NCBI RefSeq assembly: GCF_000008645.1
Contig: NC_000916.1
Span: 1,530,001-1,562,000 of the forward strand
Length of the DNA stretch: 32,000 nt
Source of the DNA: Methanothermobacter thermautotrophicus str. Delta H
GTDB taxonomy: Archaea > Methanobacteriota > Methanobacteria > Methanobacteriales > Methanothermobacteraceae
Reading direction: 5' to 3'
In this document: in pieces, positions 1 to 10,116 of the stretch
How positions within the stretch are numbered: position 1 is the stretch's first letter
Layout: each line of letters opens with the position of its first letter
Program-made: the position numbers and the translations under genes
Notes under the pieces: model-generated
Seen by the model: the letters and a program-made list of their open reading frames with translations, nothing else
What the model was told of the DNA's origin: nothing
Databases searched by the model: none

Positions 1-2
1 TT

Positions 3-539
3 CTAGGAGTTTATTGTTGTGGTTTTTATGGAGTCGAATCCGTTATTCTCATAGAGACTGAGTTCGTCCTTTATCTCCTGTATTATTTCAGAGTTATCCA
101 TGAACTCCATTTTTGAACCACATTCAGGGCATGTGAAGTTTTCTTCTGTGGCCTCATCAAAGGTGAATCTGTAGTGCCCATTTACACATACAAAGAACAT
201 GTTGTTTTCCTCAAACTCAAGGGCTTCCCTCAGCTTTCTTACTATCTCGCTGTGCTTCCTTTTTATCATCTCTGTAACCTTCTCAGGCTCAAATTTCCAG
301 GTGTAGGTGTACCACTGTGTTTCGGGGTCCTTGCTCCTCTTGTAACTTGCCACACCTGCATCATAGAGCCTGTAGAGTATCCTCCTGACTATGTTGAGTT
401 TAAGCTGCGTTTTCTCTGATATCTCCTCATCTGTTACCTTGCCCTTCATGAGGCACTCCAGAACTGGTATGGCCTCTTCCTCTTCTTCTTCAGTGATAAC
501 TTCATGGATCAACTCTTGTAACACCTGTTCATCAATCAA
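3..539 (-). CDS. tfe: Transcription factor E alpha subunit (TFE/TFIIE-alpha homolog)
   Basis: 178-aa ORF with N-terminal winged helix ([34 protein letters not shown]) and C-terminal zinc ribbon ([29 protein letters not shown]), the archaeal TFE architecture. Confidence 0.93.
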
Positions 540-687
540 TTGAAATCCTCCAGCTTGAAAAATAACTGCATACCGGGTATGCTGATCATCAAATTTTTTG
601 AGTGCACTCCAATTTATGTGCCTAATCTTATTTAAAATTTTATAAAGGGGCCAGTTTAATACGAAAATTGTTTATCATATGAGTTTA

Positions 688-1527
688 TCATGGAGGTCTT
701 ACAATAACCGCCGGTGTGTGCTCAACCGAGGATAGCATCTCCACTGTGATATTCCCTGGTCTGCCACTGAATTCCCTGGCCATATCATAGACCGTTGCCC
801 TCTCTGTATTCCTGCGGTGGTATTCCTCTGCAGCTGATGCAACCTCAAGGAGCACCTCCAGTTTCACGGGCCTTGAGGATGCAAGGGGTGTGGGCCAGGT
901 TCTTCCAGAGAACCGCCCTGCAAGGTAACCCAGGAATCCTGTATCTGACCTTATGCCAGGCACTGAAAGGGGGAGGGAGGTGAAGTATCTTCCAAGTATA
1001 CTGTAGGTTGCATCGGTATCGATTATAACCGTGGTAACATCTGCACCGAACCTCCGCAGGATCTCACCGGCAATAAGATTTGCCACCCCAGATGGGTTTT
1101 CAGGTAGAAGTGAAACAAGGGTCCCCGGCACATTACTCAGATCAATACCGGCCTCGGAAGCCGGCTTAAGGGCGTGTTTAAGTCCATAGTATCTCAGAAC
1201 AACCTCCTTATGGGCCCTTGCCTCTGGCGGCAGTCTTCTGAGGTTCCTTATGGTCCTCCTCTTCATGCCGAGGATCGGGCCCAGGAGGTAGCCCCAGATG
1301 TACTTTGACCAGATATCTGCCAGCAGCACTGCAGTTATGGATGGTTCGAAACGGGATTCATCGACCAGGTTTCCCTGGGCGACCGAGACCGGTGTCTCTG
1401 AGATGACAAGAAAATCTCCATCCCGGGCAAGCTCACCGGCCCTCTCGATGATCTCTGAGAAACCTGCACCCGGTTCTATGTAACCCGTCACCACGGGCAC
1501 TGTCCTGTACTCAGGGGACATTTTCAT
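688..1527 (-). CDS. CofE-like (coenzyme F420-0:L-glutamate ligase family) protein
   Basis: ORF is open from 1551. The likely start is the ATG at 1527, which overlaps the upstream stop (ATGA). Motifs [14 protein letters not shown] and [15 protein letters not shown] resemble the F420 ligase fold family; substrate unknown. Confidence 0.6.
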   Translation of the reverse strand: MKMSPEYRTVPVVTGYIEPGAGFSEIIERAGELARDGDFLVISETPVSVAQGNLVDESRFEPSITAVLLADIWSKYIWGYLLGPILGMKRRTIRNLRRLPPEARAHKEVVLRYYGLKHALKPASEAGIDLSNVPGTLVSLLPENPSGVANLIAGEILRRFGADVTTVIIDTDATYSILGRYFTSLPLSVPGIRSDTGFLGYLAGRFSGRTWPTPLASSRPVKLEVLLEVASAAEEYHRRNTERATVYDMAREFSGRPGNITVEMLSSVEHTPAVIVRPP

Positions 1528-2201
1528 CTGGCCTTCACTGGTGGTGCCCATACCTTGAGGTCTATTCCCTCTATAACAGCCCTTCTACCCTCAAGCTGGA
1601 CAACAACTCCTGAGTGGACCTTCTGCATCATGCAGTGGGCTGGCAGGAAACGTACGGTTTCACCGATATTCGGTAGCTCACCCTCGATCACACCCTCAAA
1701 GCCACCAACCATGCAGACTCCGATGTCCCTGTATTCAAAGTCATCCATGCCGAGGCGGTGGCATGGTCCAACGATGTGCACCGTTATGAGGCCATGGTTC
1801 TCATCCAGTATCTCTGCAAAGTGGGTTATTGGACATCCAAGGGGTCTGTATCTGATTATATCCCCCTTCCGCAGTTCAGTGGACGTGAATGGGAAGAGGA
1901 TCTCCCGGCAGGAGCCCTCATCGGGCAGCGGTTTCAGTATGAAGTCGGCCTCGTATCCGTCAAGGACACCGAAGATCTTCTTCTCCTCCTCAAGGAGTTT
2001 CTCCTCCTTAAGGATGTCCTGGAGTCTTTTCAGGTTATCGGCAAAGAGTTCCTGGTACATGAAGTGGCATCTGTCGATCTCAGCCCTTCCCTTGAGCAGA
2101 GCGGCCGCATACTCATCACACCTTGCATAGCCACAGATCCCGCAGTTGTATCCTGGGAGCAGAGCAGTTACCTCTTCTTTAAGGGATTTATCCTGGGACA
2201 T
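1524..2201 (-). CDS. Protein with N-terminal 4Fe-4S cluster motif, uncharacterised C-terminal domain
   Basis: N-terminus [32 protein letters not shown] matches the CxxCGxxxC...C pattern of the PF04060-like Fe-S domain. Translationally coupled to the CofE-like ORF. Confidence 0.75.
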   Translation of the reverse strand: MSQDKSLKEEVTALLPGYNCGICGYARCDEYAAALLKGRAEIDRCHFMYQELFADNLKRLQDILKEEKLLEEEKKIFGVLDGYEADFILKPLPDEGSCREILFPFTSTELRKGDIIRYRPLGCPITHFAEILDENHGLITVHIVGPCHRLGMDDFEYRDIGVCMVGGFEGVIEGELPNIGETVRFLPAHCMMQKVHSGVVVQLEGRRAVIEGIDLKVWAPPVKAR

Positions 2202-2217
2202 CTGAAAGATCCTCTCC

Positions 2218-2928
2218 TCATTCTCCTTCGTAGGTCTGGAAGCCGTCTATTCTCCTGAGTATTCCCCTGTGATGCTTCTTGTTAACCCTTGTCTCACCGA
2301 CACAGAGTGTGCACACTGCCAGGGGTGCTGAGTGCCGGAGCTCCTCGTTTTCAAGGGAAACCTCCCTGCTTTCGATCATCTCCTCTGCAAGTTCCATGCA
2401 TCCCTGCCCGCTGAGGCCATTGGCCTCTATTATCTTTGCTGAGGGGTTAACCTCCAGTATGCGCTCCCTGAATATCTCCCTCTCTGCCTGGGATATCATG
2501 TCTCCCTTGGTCACCACCGCGATATCGGCGGTTGAGAGGAAAGGACCAACCTTAAGGGGAGTGTTTGGTCCGCTGGTGGCGTCTATGACACATACTCCCA
2601 GACAGTTCTTTGTGTAGGGGGCGCAGCGGTGACATAGCCCTGCTGTTTCGACGATCAGGAAGTCTGACTCGTTCTTCTCAGCCCACTTTATCATGTCGTC
2701 TATGTTGTAGATGGCGTAGTGGTCCGGGCACATGTCCATTGACAGGCCAACCAGTGTTGGCACCCCGACCTTCTCAAATTTCTTATCGTCGTCGGTGTAT
2801 AGGCAGTCTATCTTTACAACGGATGACTTCAATCCCCTTGATTTGAGGCTCCTGAGGGTGTGCATCAGCACCGCTGTTTTTCCAGATCCAGGTGTTCCGG
2901 CAACAATTACCATTCTCATAGGTTTCAC
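2218..2928 (-). CDS. HypB/CobW-like (SIMIBI class) P-loop GTPase, cysteine-rich
   Basis: P-loop [24 protein letters not shown] Walker-B/G3-like region, AVVTKGD resembling a TKxD G4 motif, and cysteine motifs [11 protein letters not shown] and CTLC. Confidence 0.75.
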   Translation of the reverse strand: MKPMRMVIVAGTPGSGKTAVLMHTLRSLKSRGLKSSVVKIDCLYTDDDKKFEKVGVPTLVGLSMDMCPDHYAIYNIDDMIKWAEKNESDFLIVETAGLCHRCAPYTKNCLGVCVIDATSGPNTPLKVGPFLSTADIAVVTKGDMISQAEREIFRERILEVNPSAKIIEANGLSGQGCMELAEEMIESREVSLENEELRHSAPLAVCTLCVGETRVNKKHHRGILRRIDGFQTYEGE

Positions 2929-2969
2929 TTCTCTCTCCTGAATTAGGCCTTATCCTTCAGATCCATATC

Positions 2970-3755
2970 TTACTGGGACTCATTTATTATTTCGCTCAGG
3001 TCTATGTCCTCAACCAGCTCACCCCTCCGGACCTTTTCACGGAGGCTGAGCATTAGTTCATCTATCTTGTTCAGTTCCCGGGATATTCTCTTCTCCTGGG
3101 GGGTTGTGGTGACTATCTTCTGCATACCACCGTGCTTCATGACGATCCTCTTATCGGTCATGAGTGCAAGTACAGGGTCATGGGTTACAACAAGGACGAT
3201 CTTTCCATGCCCTGCCAGCACATTGAGGGCGTCGTGCTTCCTTATACCCGCATTCTCAATTTCGTCTATGAGTACAATGGGGGAGTCACTTATTATCGCC
3301 ACGTCTGCAACCATCAATGCCCGTGACTGACCCCCGCTGAGTATTGTGAGGTCATGCTCCTTTTTGATGGGCTCTCCTGTGAGGGTGTTTGCAAGTTCAA
3401 TGACGCGGTCCACACACTTCTCACTGGCGCCCCTGCACTTGGCATGAAGGCTCAGGAAATCTCCCACAGTCATATCGGCCAGGAAGTTCATGTTCTGTGA
3501 TAGCTGGGCGACCATCTTTTTCCGGGGATTTGTTCGGTCCTCATAGCTTGGCTCTTCATCGTTCACAAGGATCTTCCTCTTTGAGAAGGTGTCCATCTGG
3601 GCCAGCTGTTCAATATCTCCTATAAGTGAACTTTTACCACTGCCTGTGGGACCAACAACTCCAAATATTTCACCCTTCTTTATTTCAACCCGCTCTACGG
3701 GCTCCTTTTCTCCGAACTTATCATAACCGCCGATTACAGTAATTTTCTCTATCAT
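2970..3755 (-). CDS. Orphan soluble ABC-type ATPase
   Basis: Walker [13 protein letters not shown], signature [17 protein letters not shown], Walker [13 protein letters not shown], switch His VVTHD. No membrane permease gene is adjacent. Start codon overlaps the comA stop. Confidence 0.8.
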   Translation of the reverse strand: MIEKITVIGGYDKFGEKEPVERVEIKKGEIFGVVGPTGSGKSSLIGDIEQLAQMDTFSKRKILVNDEEPSYEDRTNPRKKMVAQLSQNMNFLADMTVGDFLSLHAKCRGASEKCVDRVIELANTLTGEPIKKEHDLTILSGGQSRALMVADVAIISDSPIVLIDEIENAGIRKHDALNVLAGHGKIVLVVTHDPVLALMTDKRIVMKHGGMQKIVTTTPQEKRISRELNKIDELMLSLREKVRRGELVEDIDLSEIINESQ

Positions 3756-4531
3756 TAAAGATTCACCTTTCCGAGAGTGTCTCCCCTCAAGCCTCTGCGT
3801 ATTGTTTCAAGGGCTGTTATCTCTTCAGGGGGTATGTTTCCAAGGTTAACATCTGGTCCAATCTTTAAAATGAAGTAAACCTGCTGACTTTTCTGAGGCG
3901 CCTCCCATATTATCCTGTCCATGGGGAGTCTGTCAGTGAGGTGGTTGAATTCGTCCTCCCTTATGTTTCCCCTCTCATCGTATATACCTATGTTCTGTCC
4001 GCTCTCACGGGCCTCCATGAGAACCATTGATGCGCCTGCCCTGAGGTCAGCCCTCACAAGTCTGACCCTATCATCGGGTTCGAGGAGCCTGTCCCTTTCA
4101 GGATCCTTTTTACCGACCTCTGATAGGACCATGAATCCCTCATCGACAGCCATTTCAATGAGCCGGCATTTTTCTTCAGTTTCAATTTCCACAGTCCCGT
4201 TTGATATCTCAAGTGTTTCAAAGCCAAGGCTACGGGCCTCCTGGAAGTATTCCTCCACTTTATCGTTGAGATGGGCTATCTCGAATAGCGTGCCCCCTGG
4301 ATAGGGTTCCACATCGAATGACCTGTACATATCTACCTTTTCCTTTACAGTGTCGCGTCTGTGGAGGGGGAGTGTTCCCCATCCAAACTTTATGAAGTCA
4401 ACGTAATCTGATGATATCTCCATGAGGTCACGGGCGCTTGCGGGACCCATTCCCTTATCAAGAACCATGGTTATTCCATTTTTTCGAGGTTTCCCACTCC
4501 TTGGGGGGGTGAGAAAATCAAAGGCGTTCAT
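3755..4531 (-). CDS. comA: Phosphosulfolactate synthase (coenzyme M biosynthesis)
   Basis: 258-aa ORF with ComA-family motifs: [65 protein letters not shown]-like region. Confidence 0.92.
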   Translation of the reverse strand: MNAFDFLTPPRSGKPRKNGITMVLDKGMGPASARDLMEISSDYVDFIKFGWGTLPLHRRDTVKEKVDMYRSFDVEPYPGGTLFEIAHLNDKVEEYFQEARSLGFETLEISNGTVEIETEEKCRLIEMAVDEGFMVLSEVGKKDPERDRLLEPDDRVRLVRADLRAGASMVLMEARESGQNIGIYDERGNIREDEFNHLTDRLPMDRIIWEAPQKSQQVYFILKIGPDVNLGNIPPEEITALETIRRGLRGDTLGKVNL

Positions 4532-4682
4532 AACATCACCTTCTGTTTGAGTCAGAAATAACGGGATCCATATTAATTAGGATTCATATGTTTACTACCT
4601 TTATAAAAATTTTTCCTATACCTGCCATAAATATATCCAAATATAATTTGAGATCAGGTATATATAAGTAGGTGGTGTTTTC

Positions 4683-5243
4683 ATGGAGAAGAAGATATGC
4701 TACTTTGAGGAACCAGGTAAGGAAAATACAGAGAGGGTCCTTGAACTTGTAGGGGAGAGGGCTGACCAGCTCGGAATCAGGAATTTTGTTGTGGCATCTG
4801 TTTCAGGTGAGACAGCCCTGAGATTATCTGAAATGGTTGAAGGTAACATTGTATCAGTAACCCATCATGCAGGTTTCAGGGAGAAGGGTCAACTTGAACT
4901 GGAGGACGAGGCAAGGGATGCGCTCCTTGAGAGGGGTGTGAATGTTTATGCGGGTTCACATGCCCTCAGTGGCGTTGGAAGAGGGATATCAAACAGGTTT
5001 GGTGGTGTCACACCCGTGGAGATAATGGCTGAAACCCTGAGGATGGTCTCCCAGGGATTCAAGGTATGTGTTGAGATAGCCATAATGGCTGCAGATGCTG
5101 GCCTCATCCCCGTTGATGAAGAGGTTATAGCCATAGGTGGGACAGCATGGGGTGCTGACACCGCCCTTGTACTCACACCCGCCCATATGAACAGTGTATT
5201 CGACCTCAGGATCCATGAGGTAATTGCCATGCCCAGGCCATAA
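4683..5243 (+). CDS. Pyruvate kinase alpha/beta (C-terminal)-like domain protein
   Basis: 186-aa stand-alone domain: [19 protein letters not shown]...[11 protein letters not shown]...[18 protein letters not shown]. Strong upstream SD (aggtggtg). Family known structurally, function unclear. Confidence 0.75.
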   Translation: MEKKICYFEEPGKENTERVLELVGERADQLGIRNFVVASVSGETALRLSEMVEGNIVSVTHHAGFREKGQLELEDEARDALLERGVNVYAGSHALSGVGRGISNRFGGVTPVEIMAETLRMVSQGFKVCVEIAIMAADAGLIPVDEEVIAIGGTAWGADTALVLTPAHMNSVFDLRIHEVIAMPRP

Positions 5244-5478
5244 CTTTTTCATAACATGTCATGATGGGGGGTCCCGCCCAGATTCATGATATTCATGGCC
5301 ACGTGGACCATCAATAATTTTATTTTGCCCCAACCTTGAGCCGGTATTTTCAGAGGTCACAGAAATTGATTTTTAATTTTGAATGTGAGCCATGGCTCCA
5401 TCGGTGCCAGATTAACCGTTGCTTTTAAATATGTCTTATCACAATAACATATTTCATAGATAAGTGTGGGGGTAGTAA

Positions 5479-6624
5479 TTGAAATTCATTAACGATGCCA
5501 TAAAGGAATCTGAGAAAAGGGAAAAGCCATCTTCCAGCTCAATGAATTCAGAAATTGACAGGGAACTCCGGGAAATAATTGAAAATAGCAGAGCCAAGAT
5601 ATACGTTGTTGGGACCGGCGGGGCGGGCAACAACACCGTAACAAGGCTCAGTGAGATTGGAGTAGAGGGCGCTGAGACCATAGCCGTTAACACAGATGCC
5701 CAGGACCTCTTTTACTCCGTGGCTAACCGGAAGCTTCTCATAGGTAAGAATGTCTGTGGTGGTCTTGGAGCTGGCGGCGTCCCTGAAGTGGGAGAGGAAT
5801 GCGCAGAGGAAAGTGAGGATGATATTCGCAGGGAACTCGAAGGGGCTGACATGGTCTTTGTAACCTGTGGCCTTGGGGGTGGCACGGGAACAGGGTCCGC
5901 ACCTGTGATATCAAAACTTGCCAAAAAGGCGGGTGCCCTCACGATAGCCGTTGCAACCATGCCCTTCAGTGCAGAGGGCCTTAAAAGGAGGGAGAATGCT
6001 GAGAGGGGTCTTGAGAAACTCCAGAGCGCTGCAGATACAGTCATTGTCATACCCAATGACAAGCTACTGGAGGTTGCACCCAACCTGCCCCTCAACAAGG
6101 CCTTCATGGTTGCAGACGAGATCCTTGGAAGGGCGGTTAAGGGTATAACTGAACTCATAACCAAACCCGGACTGGTGAGCCTCGACTTTGCGGATGTGAG
6201 GAGCATAATGAAGGGTTCAGGAATGGCCATGATTGGAATGGGCGAGGCCGAATCCGGTGACAGGGCCCTAGAATCAGTTTATGAGGCCCTTAACAGTCCG
6301 CTGCTGGATCTTGACATATCCAATGCAAGGGGAGCCCTTATAAACATATCTGGTAGTTCAGACCTGACCCTCCAGGAGGCCGAAAGGATCGTGGAGGTTG
6401 TTGCCGAGGAACTTGATCCCGATGCAAACATAATATGGGGTGCCCAGATTCAGGATGAACTGCAGAACGTCATAAGAACGACCATCGTTGTTGCGGGTGT
6501 AAGGTCACCCTACATCTATGGGGCCCATGGCTCTGCAGAGAAGGAGTTCCTGGAGGAAAAACAGCGTGAAAAGGACTCAGTCGATGAGTCCGTCCTGGAA
6601 GAATTTATAGATGGAGTATTCTGA
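5479..6624 (+). CDS. ftsZ: Cell division protein FtsZ
   Basis: Tubulin/FtsZ signature [27 protein letters not shown], and [18 protein letters not shown] start preceded by ggggt. Confidence 0.97.
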   Translation: MKFINDAIKESEKREKPSSSSMNSEIDRELREIIENSRAKIYVVGTGGAGNNTVTRLSEIGVEGAETIAVNTDAQDLFYSVANRKLLIGKNVCGGLGAGGVPEVGEECAEESEDDIRRELEGADMVFVTCGLGGGTGTGSAPVISKLAKKAGALTIAVATMPFSAEGLKRRENAERGLEKLQSAADTVIVIPNDKLLEVAPNLPLNKAFMVADEILGRAVKGITELITKPGLVSLDFADVRSIMKGSGMAMIGMGEAESGDRALESVYEALNSPLLDLDISNARGALINISGSSDLTLQEAERIVEVVAEELDPDANIIWGAQIQDELQNVIRTTIVVAGVRSPYIYGAHGSAEKEFLEEKQREKDSVDESVLEEFIDGVF

Positions 6625-6657
6625 TATTCTTCCACACACCCCCACTCAAGGAAAACC

Positions 6658-6672
6658 TTTATAAATCTTGAA
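6658..6672 (+). promoter_or_regulatory. Probable archaeal promoter element (BRE/TATA) upstream of secE-spt5-rpl11
   Basis: tttataaatcttgaa, with the TATA-like core 70-90 nt upstream of secE. The same 15-mer recurs upstream of rpl1. Confidence 0.55.
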
Positions 6673-6744
6673 GGATAGATTACTCCATCACTCATCCCAA
6701 TCCTAGCCCTTGTTTTTTAACTATATAAATAGCGGGGATAAACC

Positions 6745-6924
6745 ATGAAATACAGGGAGTCTATTTTAAATTTTATAAAACAGTCAAAGAGGGTATTGAG
6801 GGTTTCAAAGAAACCGAGCCGTGAGGAATACCTCAACGTGTCAAAGGTAACCGGTATAGGTATAATAATAATAGGCGTCATTGGATTCATAATAAGTATA
6901 ATTGCCCAGCTCCTCGGGGGCTAG
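6745..6924 (+). CDS. secE: Preprotein translocase subunit SecE (Sec61-gamma)
   Basis: Not in the supplied ORF track. ATG at 6745 gives [59 protein letters not shown], with SecE-like amphipathic helix plus a single TM helix, directly upstream of spt5 as expected. Confidence 0.9.
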   Translation: MKYRESILNFIKQSKRVLRVSKKPSREEYLNVSKVTGIGIIIIGVIGFIISIIAQLLGG

Positions 6925-6980
6925 CATCTGGATGGGTTAAGGTCTGTAGAGTGAATTATATATATGAGGTTGTGTTCTTA

Positions 6981-7460
6981 ATGGAAGATAGTAAAAATTC
7001 CATCTATGCCCTTAAGACCTCTGTGGGTCAGGAGAAAAATGTGGCCAGGATGCTTGCAAGAAAGGTTAGGGATAGTGGTATAGAGATAAACGCTATTCTT
7101 GTCCCGGAATCACTGAGGGGATACATCCTGGTGGAGTCCTCATCAAAGATTGACATGAGAAACCCTGCAATAAGGGTACCCCACCTCAGGGGTGTAGTTG
7201 AAAGTAAAACAGAGGGTGAGGCCGAGATCGACTTTGAAGAGGTTAAAAGGTTCCTCAAGCCAGAGCCCATAATATCATCCATTAAGAAGGGAAGCATTGT
7301 TGAACTCATATCCGGACCCTTTAAGGGTGAAAGGGCAAAGGTTATCCGCATAGATGAGTCAAGGGAGGAAGTTGTACTTGAACTCATAGAGGCGGCCGTG
7401 CCCATTCCAGTAACTGTTAAAGGTGATCAGATTAGAATAATACAAAAGGAGGCTGATTAA
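6981..7460 (+). CDS. spt5: Transcription elongation factor Spt5/NusG, with KOW domain
   Basis: NGN domain ([23 protein letters not shown]) and KOW motif ([20 protein letters not shown]). ORF is open from 6951; the ATG at 6981 (MEDSKNS) is the more likely start. Confidence 0.93.
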   Translation: MEDSKNSIYALKTSVGQEKNVARMLARKVRDSGIEINAILVPESLRGYILVESSSKIDMRNPAIRVPHLRGVVESKTEGEAEIDFEEVKRFLKPEPIISSIKKGSIVELISGPFKGERAKVIRIDESREEVVLELIEAAVPIPVTVKGDQIRIIQKEAD

Positions 7461-7942
7461 TGGCTAAAGAAACCGTTGAAATTCTTATTGATGGTGGAAA
7501 AGCCACTCCAGGACCACCTCTGGGTCCTGCGATTGGTCCGCTTGGAATTAACATGATGCAGGTAGTTGAGGAGATAAACCGCAAGACAGCTGACTTTGAG
7601 GGGATGAAGGTCCCTGTAAAGATCATAGTGGACACTGATACAAGGGACTTTGAGGTTGAAGTGGGTACCCCTCCAACAACTGCCCTCATCATGGATGAAC
7701 TCAAGCTGGAGAAGGGGTCCCAGGATCCAGGGATGGATAAGATAGCAGACATTTCAATGGAACAGGTGCTGAAGATCGCCAGGATGAAATTCGATGCGCT
7801 CCTCTCAAATGACTACAAACGTGCAGTCAAGGAGATAATGGGTACCTGTGTCAGCATGGGTATAACAGTGAACGGTAAGGACCCCCGTGAGGTTCAGAGG
7901 GAGGTTGACCAGGGAGTCTATGATGACCTCCTCACATCATAA
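7460..7942 (+). CDS. rpl11: Ribosomal protein L11 (uL11)
   Basis: [33 protein letters not shown] is characteristic of L11. ATG overlaps the spt5 stop. Confidence 0.97.
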   Translation: MAKETVEILIDGGKATPGPPLGPAIGPLGINMMQVVEEINRKTADFEGMKVPVKIIVDTDTRDFEVEVGTPPTTALIMDELKLEKGSQDPGMDKIADISMEQVLKIARMKFDALLSNDYKRAVKEIMGTCVSMGITVNGKDPREVQREVDQGVYDDLLTS

Positions 7943-7945
7943 AAA

Positions 7946-7960
7946 TTTATAAATCTTGAA
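7946..7960 (+). promoter_or_regulatory. Probable internal promoter for the rpl1-rplP0-rpl12 unit
   Basis: tttataaatcttgaa, identical to the 15-mer upstream of secE, positioned about 60-70 nt before the likely rpl1 start. Confidence 0.5.
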
Positions 7961-8019
7961 AACCACATAACTAACCCCATCATATGAACTTATTTTTTGA
8001 AGTTCATGGAGGATTCAGA

Positions 8020-8658
8020 ATGCAACAAGAGATAATGGAAGCGGTGAAGAAGGCCAAGGAACTTTCAAGGCCGAGAAACTTCACACAGTCCATGGATGTT
8101 ATTCTTAACATCAAGGACCTTGACGTCAATAAACCAGAGAACAGGTTTGACGAGGAAGTTTCTCTACCCAACGGCCGCGGTAAGGATGTGAAGATTGCCG
8201 TGATCGCCGATGGGGAACTGGCCCTCCAGGCTAAAAATGCAGGGGCCGACCTTGTGATAACCAAGGATGAACTTGAAGAACTTGGCAAAAACCGTAAGGA
8301 AGCAAAGAAACTTGCCAACCAGTATGAATTCTTTGTGGCTCAGGCAGATATGATGCCCCTGGTGGGTCGATTCATGGGGCCCGTTCTCGGACCCAGAAAG
8401 AAGATGCCCAAACCGGTGCCAGCAACAATAAACCCGGAGCCCATCCTGAATAAACTCAGGGACACGGTTAAGGTTAGAATCAAGGACCAGCCAGTGGTTC
8501 ATACAGTGGTTGGTACCGAGGACATGGACGATGAGAAGCTTGCCGAGAACATAGAGGCGGTTCTTCAGACAATCGACCGTAAACTTGAGAAGGGAAGAAA
8601 CCAGTTAAAGTCCATGTACGTTAAGACAACCATGGGCCCGGTAGTGAGGGTGATTTAA
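8020..8658 (+). CDS. rpl1: Ribosomal protein L1 (uL1)
   Basis: L1 family motifs ([50 protein letters not shown]). ORF is open from 7984, but ggagg at 8008-8012 points to the ATG at 8020 ([12 protein letters not shown]). Confidence 0.96.
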   Translation: MQQEIMEAVKKAKELSRPRNFTQSMDVILNIKDLDVNKPENRFDEEVSLPNGRGKDVKIAVIADGELALQAKNAGADLVITKDELEELGKNRKEAKKLANQYEFFVAQADMMPLVGRFMGPVLGPRKKMPKPVPATINPEPILNKLRDTVKVRIKDQPVVHTVVGTEDMDDEKLAENIEAVLQTIDRKLEKGRNQLKSMYVKTTMGPVVRVI

Positions 8659-9669
8659 ATGGCTCACGTGGCTGAATGGAAGAAGAAAGAGGTTCAGGAG
8701 CTCCATGACCTTATTAAAGGTTATGAAGTGGTTGGTATAGCCAACCTTGCAGACATACCTGCAAGGCAGCTCCAGAAGATGCGCCAGACACTCCGTGACA
8801 GTGCACTCATCAGAATGTCCAAGAAGACCCTGATCAGCCTTGCCCTTGAGAAAGCTGGCAGAGAACTTGAAAATGTTGATTCACTCTCCGATTACATGGA
8901 GGGGCAGCCTGCACTCATATTCACAGACATGAATCCCTTCAAGCTCTTCAAGATCCTTGAGGACAGTAAAACTCCTGCTCCAGCCAAACCAGGGGCCATA
9001 GCCCCGGATGACATAGTTGTCCCCAAGGGGGATACCGGATTTGCACCGGGCCCGATACTGGGTGAACTGCAGCAGATAGGTATCCCTGCCAAGATCGAGA
9101 AGGGCAAGATTGTGGTTTCAAATGACCACGTCGTTGTGAAGGCAGGGGAGGAGATTCCCCCCAAGGTGGCCGGGATATTAACCAGACTTGACATACAGCC
9201 ACTTGAGGTGGGAATAGATCTCAGAGCAGCCTATGAAAATCAGACCGTCTACACTGCAGACGTACTGACCATCGATGAAGAGAAGACCCTGTCTGATATC
9301 CAGAAGGCATTTTCACAGGCATTCAACCTCTCAGTCAACGCTGTTATATACACCAGGGAGACAATGCCTGCTATCATCCAGAAGGCAGCTTCAAAGTCAT
9401 TCAACCTTGCATACAATGCATCAATACTCACATCAGAAACAACAGACCTCCTGCTTGCAAAGGCCTATGCACAGATGCTTGCACTGGCCGCTGCAGCTGC
9501 GGAGATTAATGATGAGGCAGTTGATGATGAACTGAAGGAGAAGCTGTCTTCAAGGGCAGCAGCACCAGCCCCTGAAGAAAAAGAGGAAGAGGTTGAAGAA
9601 GAAGCTGAAGAGGAAGAAGAAGAGGAAGAAGAGGATGCAGCAGCCGGTCTCGGCGCACTCTTCGGATGA
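8659..9669 (+). CDS. rplP0: Ribosomal stalk protein P0/L10 (uL10)
   Basis: 336-aa archaeal P0 with acidic C-terminal tail [17 protein letters not shown]. Confidence 0.96.
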   Translation: MAHVAEWKKKEVQELHDLIKGYEVVGIANLADIPARQLQKMRQTLRDSALIRMSKKTLISLALEKAGRELENVDSLSDYMEGQPALIFTDMNPFKLFKILEDSKTPAPAKPGAIAPDDIVVPKGDTGFAPGPILGELQQIGIPAKIEKGKIVVSNDHVVVKAGEEIPPKVAGILTRLDIQPLEVGIDLRAAYENQTVYTADVLTIDEEKTLSDIQKAFSQAFNLSVNAVIYTRETMPAIIQKAASKSFNLAYNASILTSETTDLLLAKAYAQMLALAAAAAEINDEAVDDELKEKLSSRAAAPAPEEKEEEVEEEAEEEEEEEEEDAAAGLGALFG

Positions 9670-9721
9670 ACACTTTACTGGCAATAGTTAACCCATAAAA
9701 AATAAAATTTGAGGTGATCAT

Positions 9722-10027
<306 letters not shown>

Positions 10028-10034
10028 ATCCCCC

Positions 10035-10045
10035 TTTATTTTTTT
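10035..10045 (+). terminator. T-rich intrinsic terminator candidate after the ribosomal protein cluster
   Basis: tttattttttt just after the rpl12 stop; archaeal termination commonly uses oligo-T tracts. Confidence 0.4.
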
Positions 10046-10116
10046 CCTCTGCCACTCTGTAATGGCAAAAAATTTATTTTTCTTAATTCTGATTCTATTT
10101 ATAAAAACTGTTTTCA

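Noticed and set aside
174-419. Plus-strand ORF antisense to tfe
   Set aside because: It lies entirely antisense to a well-supported gene and its sequence is low-information; many similar long antisense ORFs occur here because of codon bias.
1555-2258. Overlapping plus-strand ORFs of 191 and 166 aa
   Set aside because: Both are antisense to the Fe-S protein gene, have no domain-like composition, and no credible RBS was noted.
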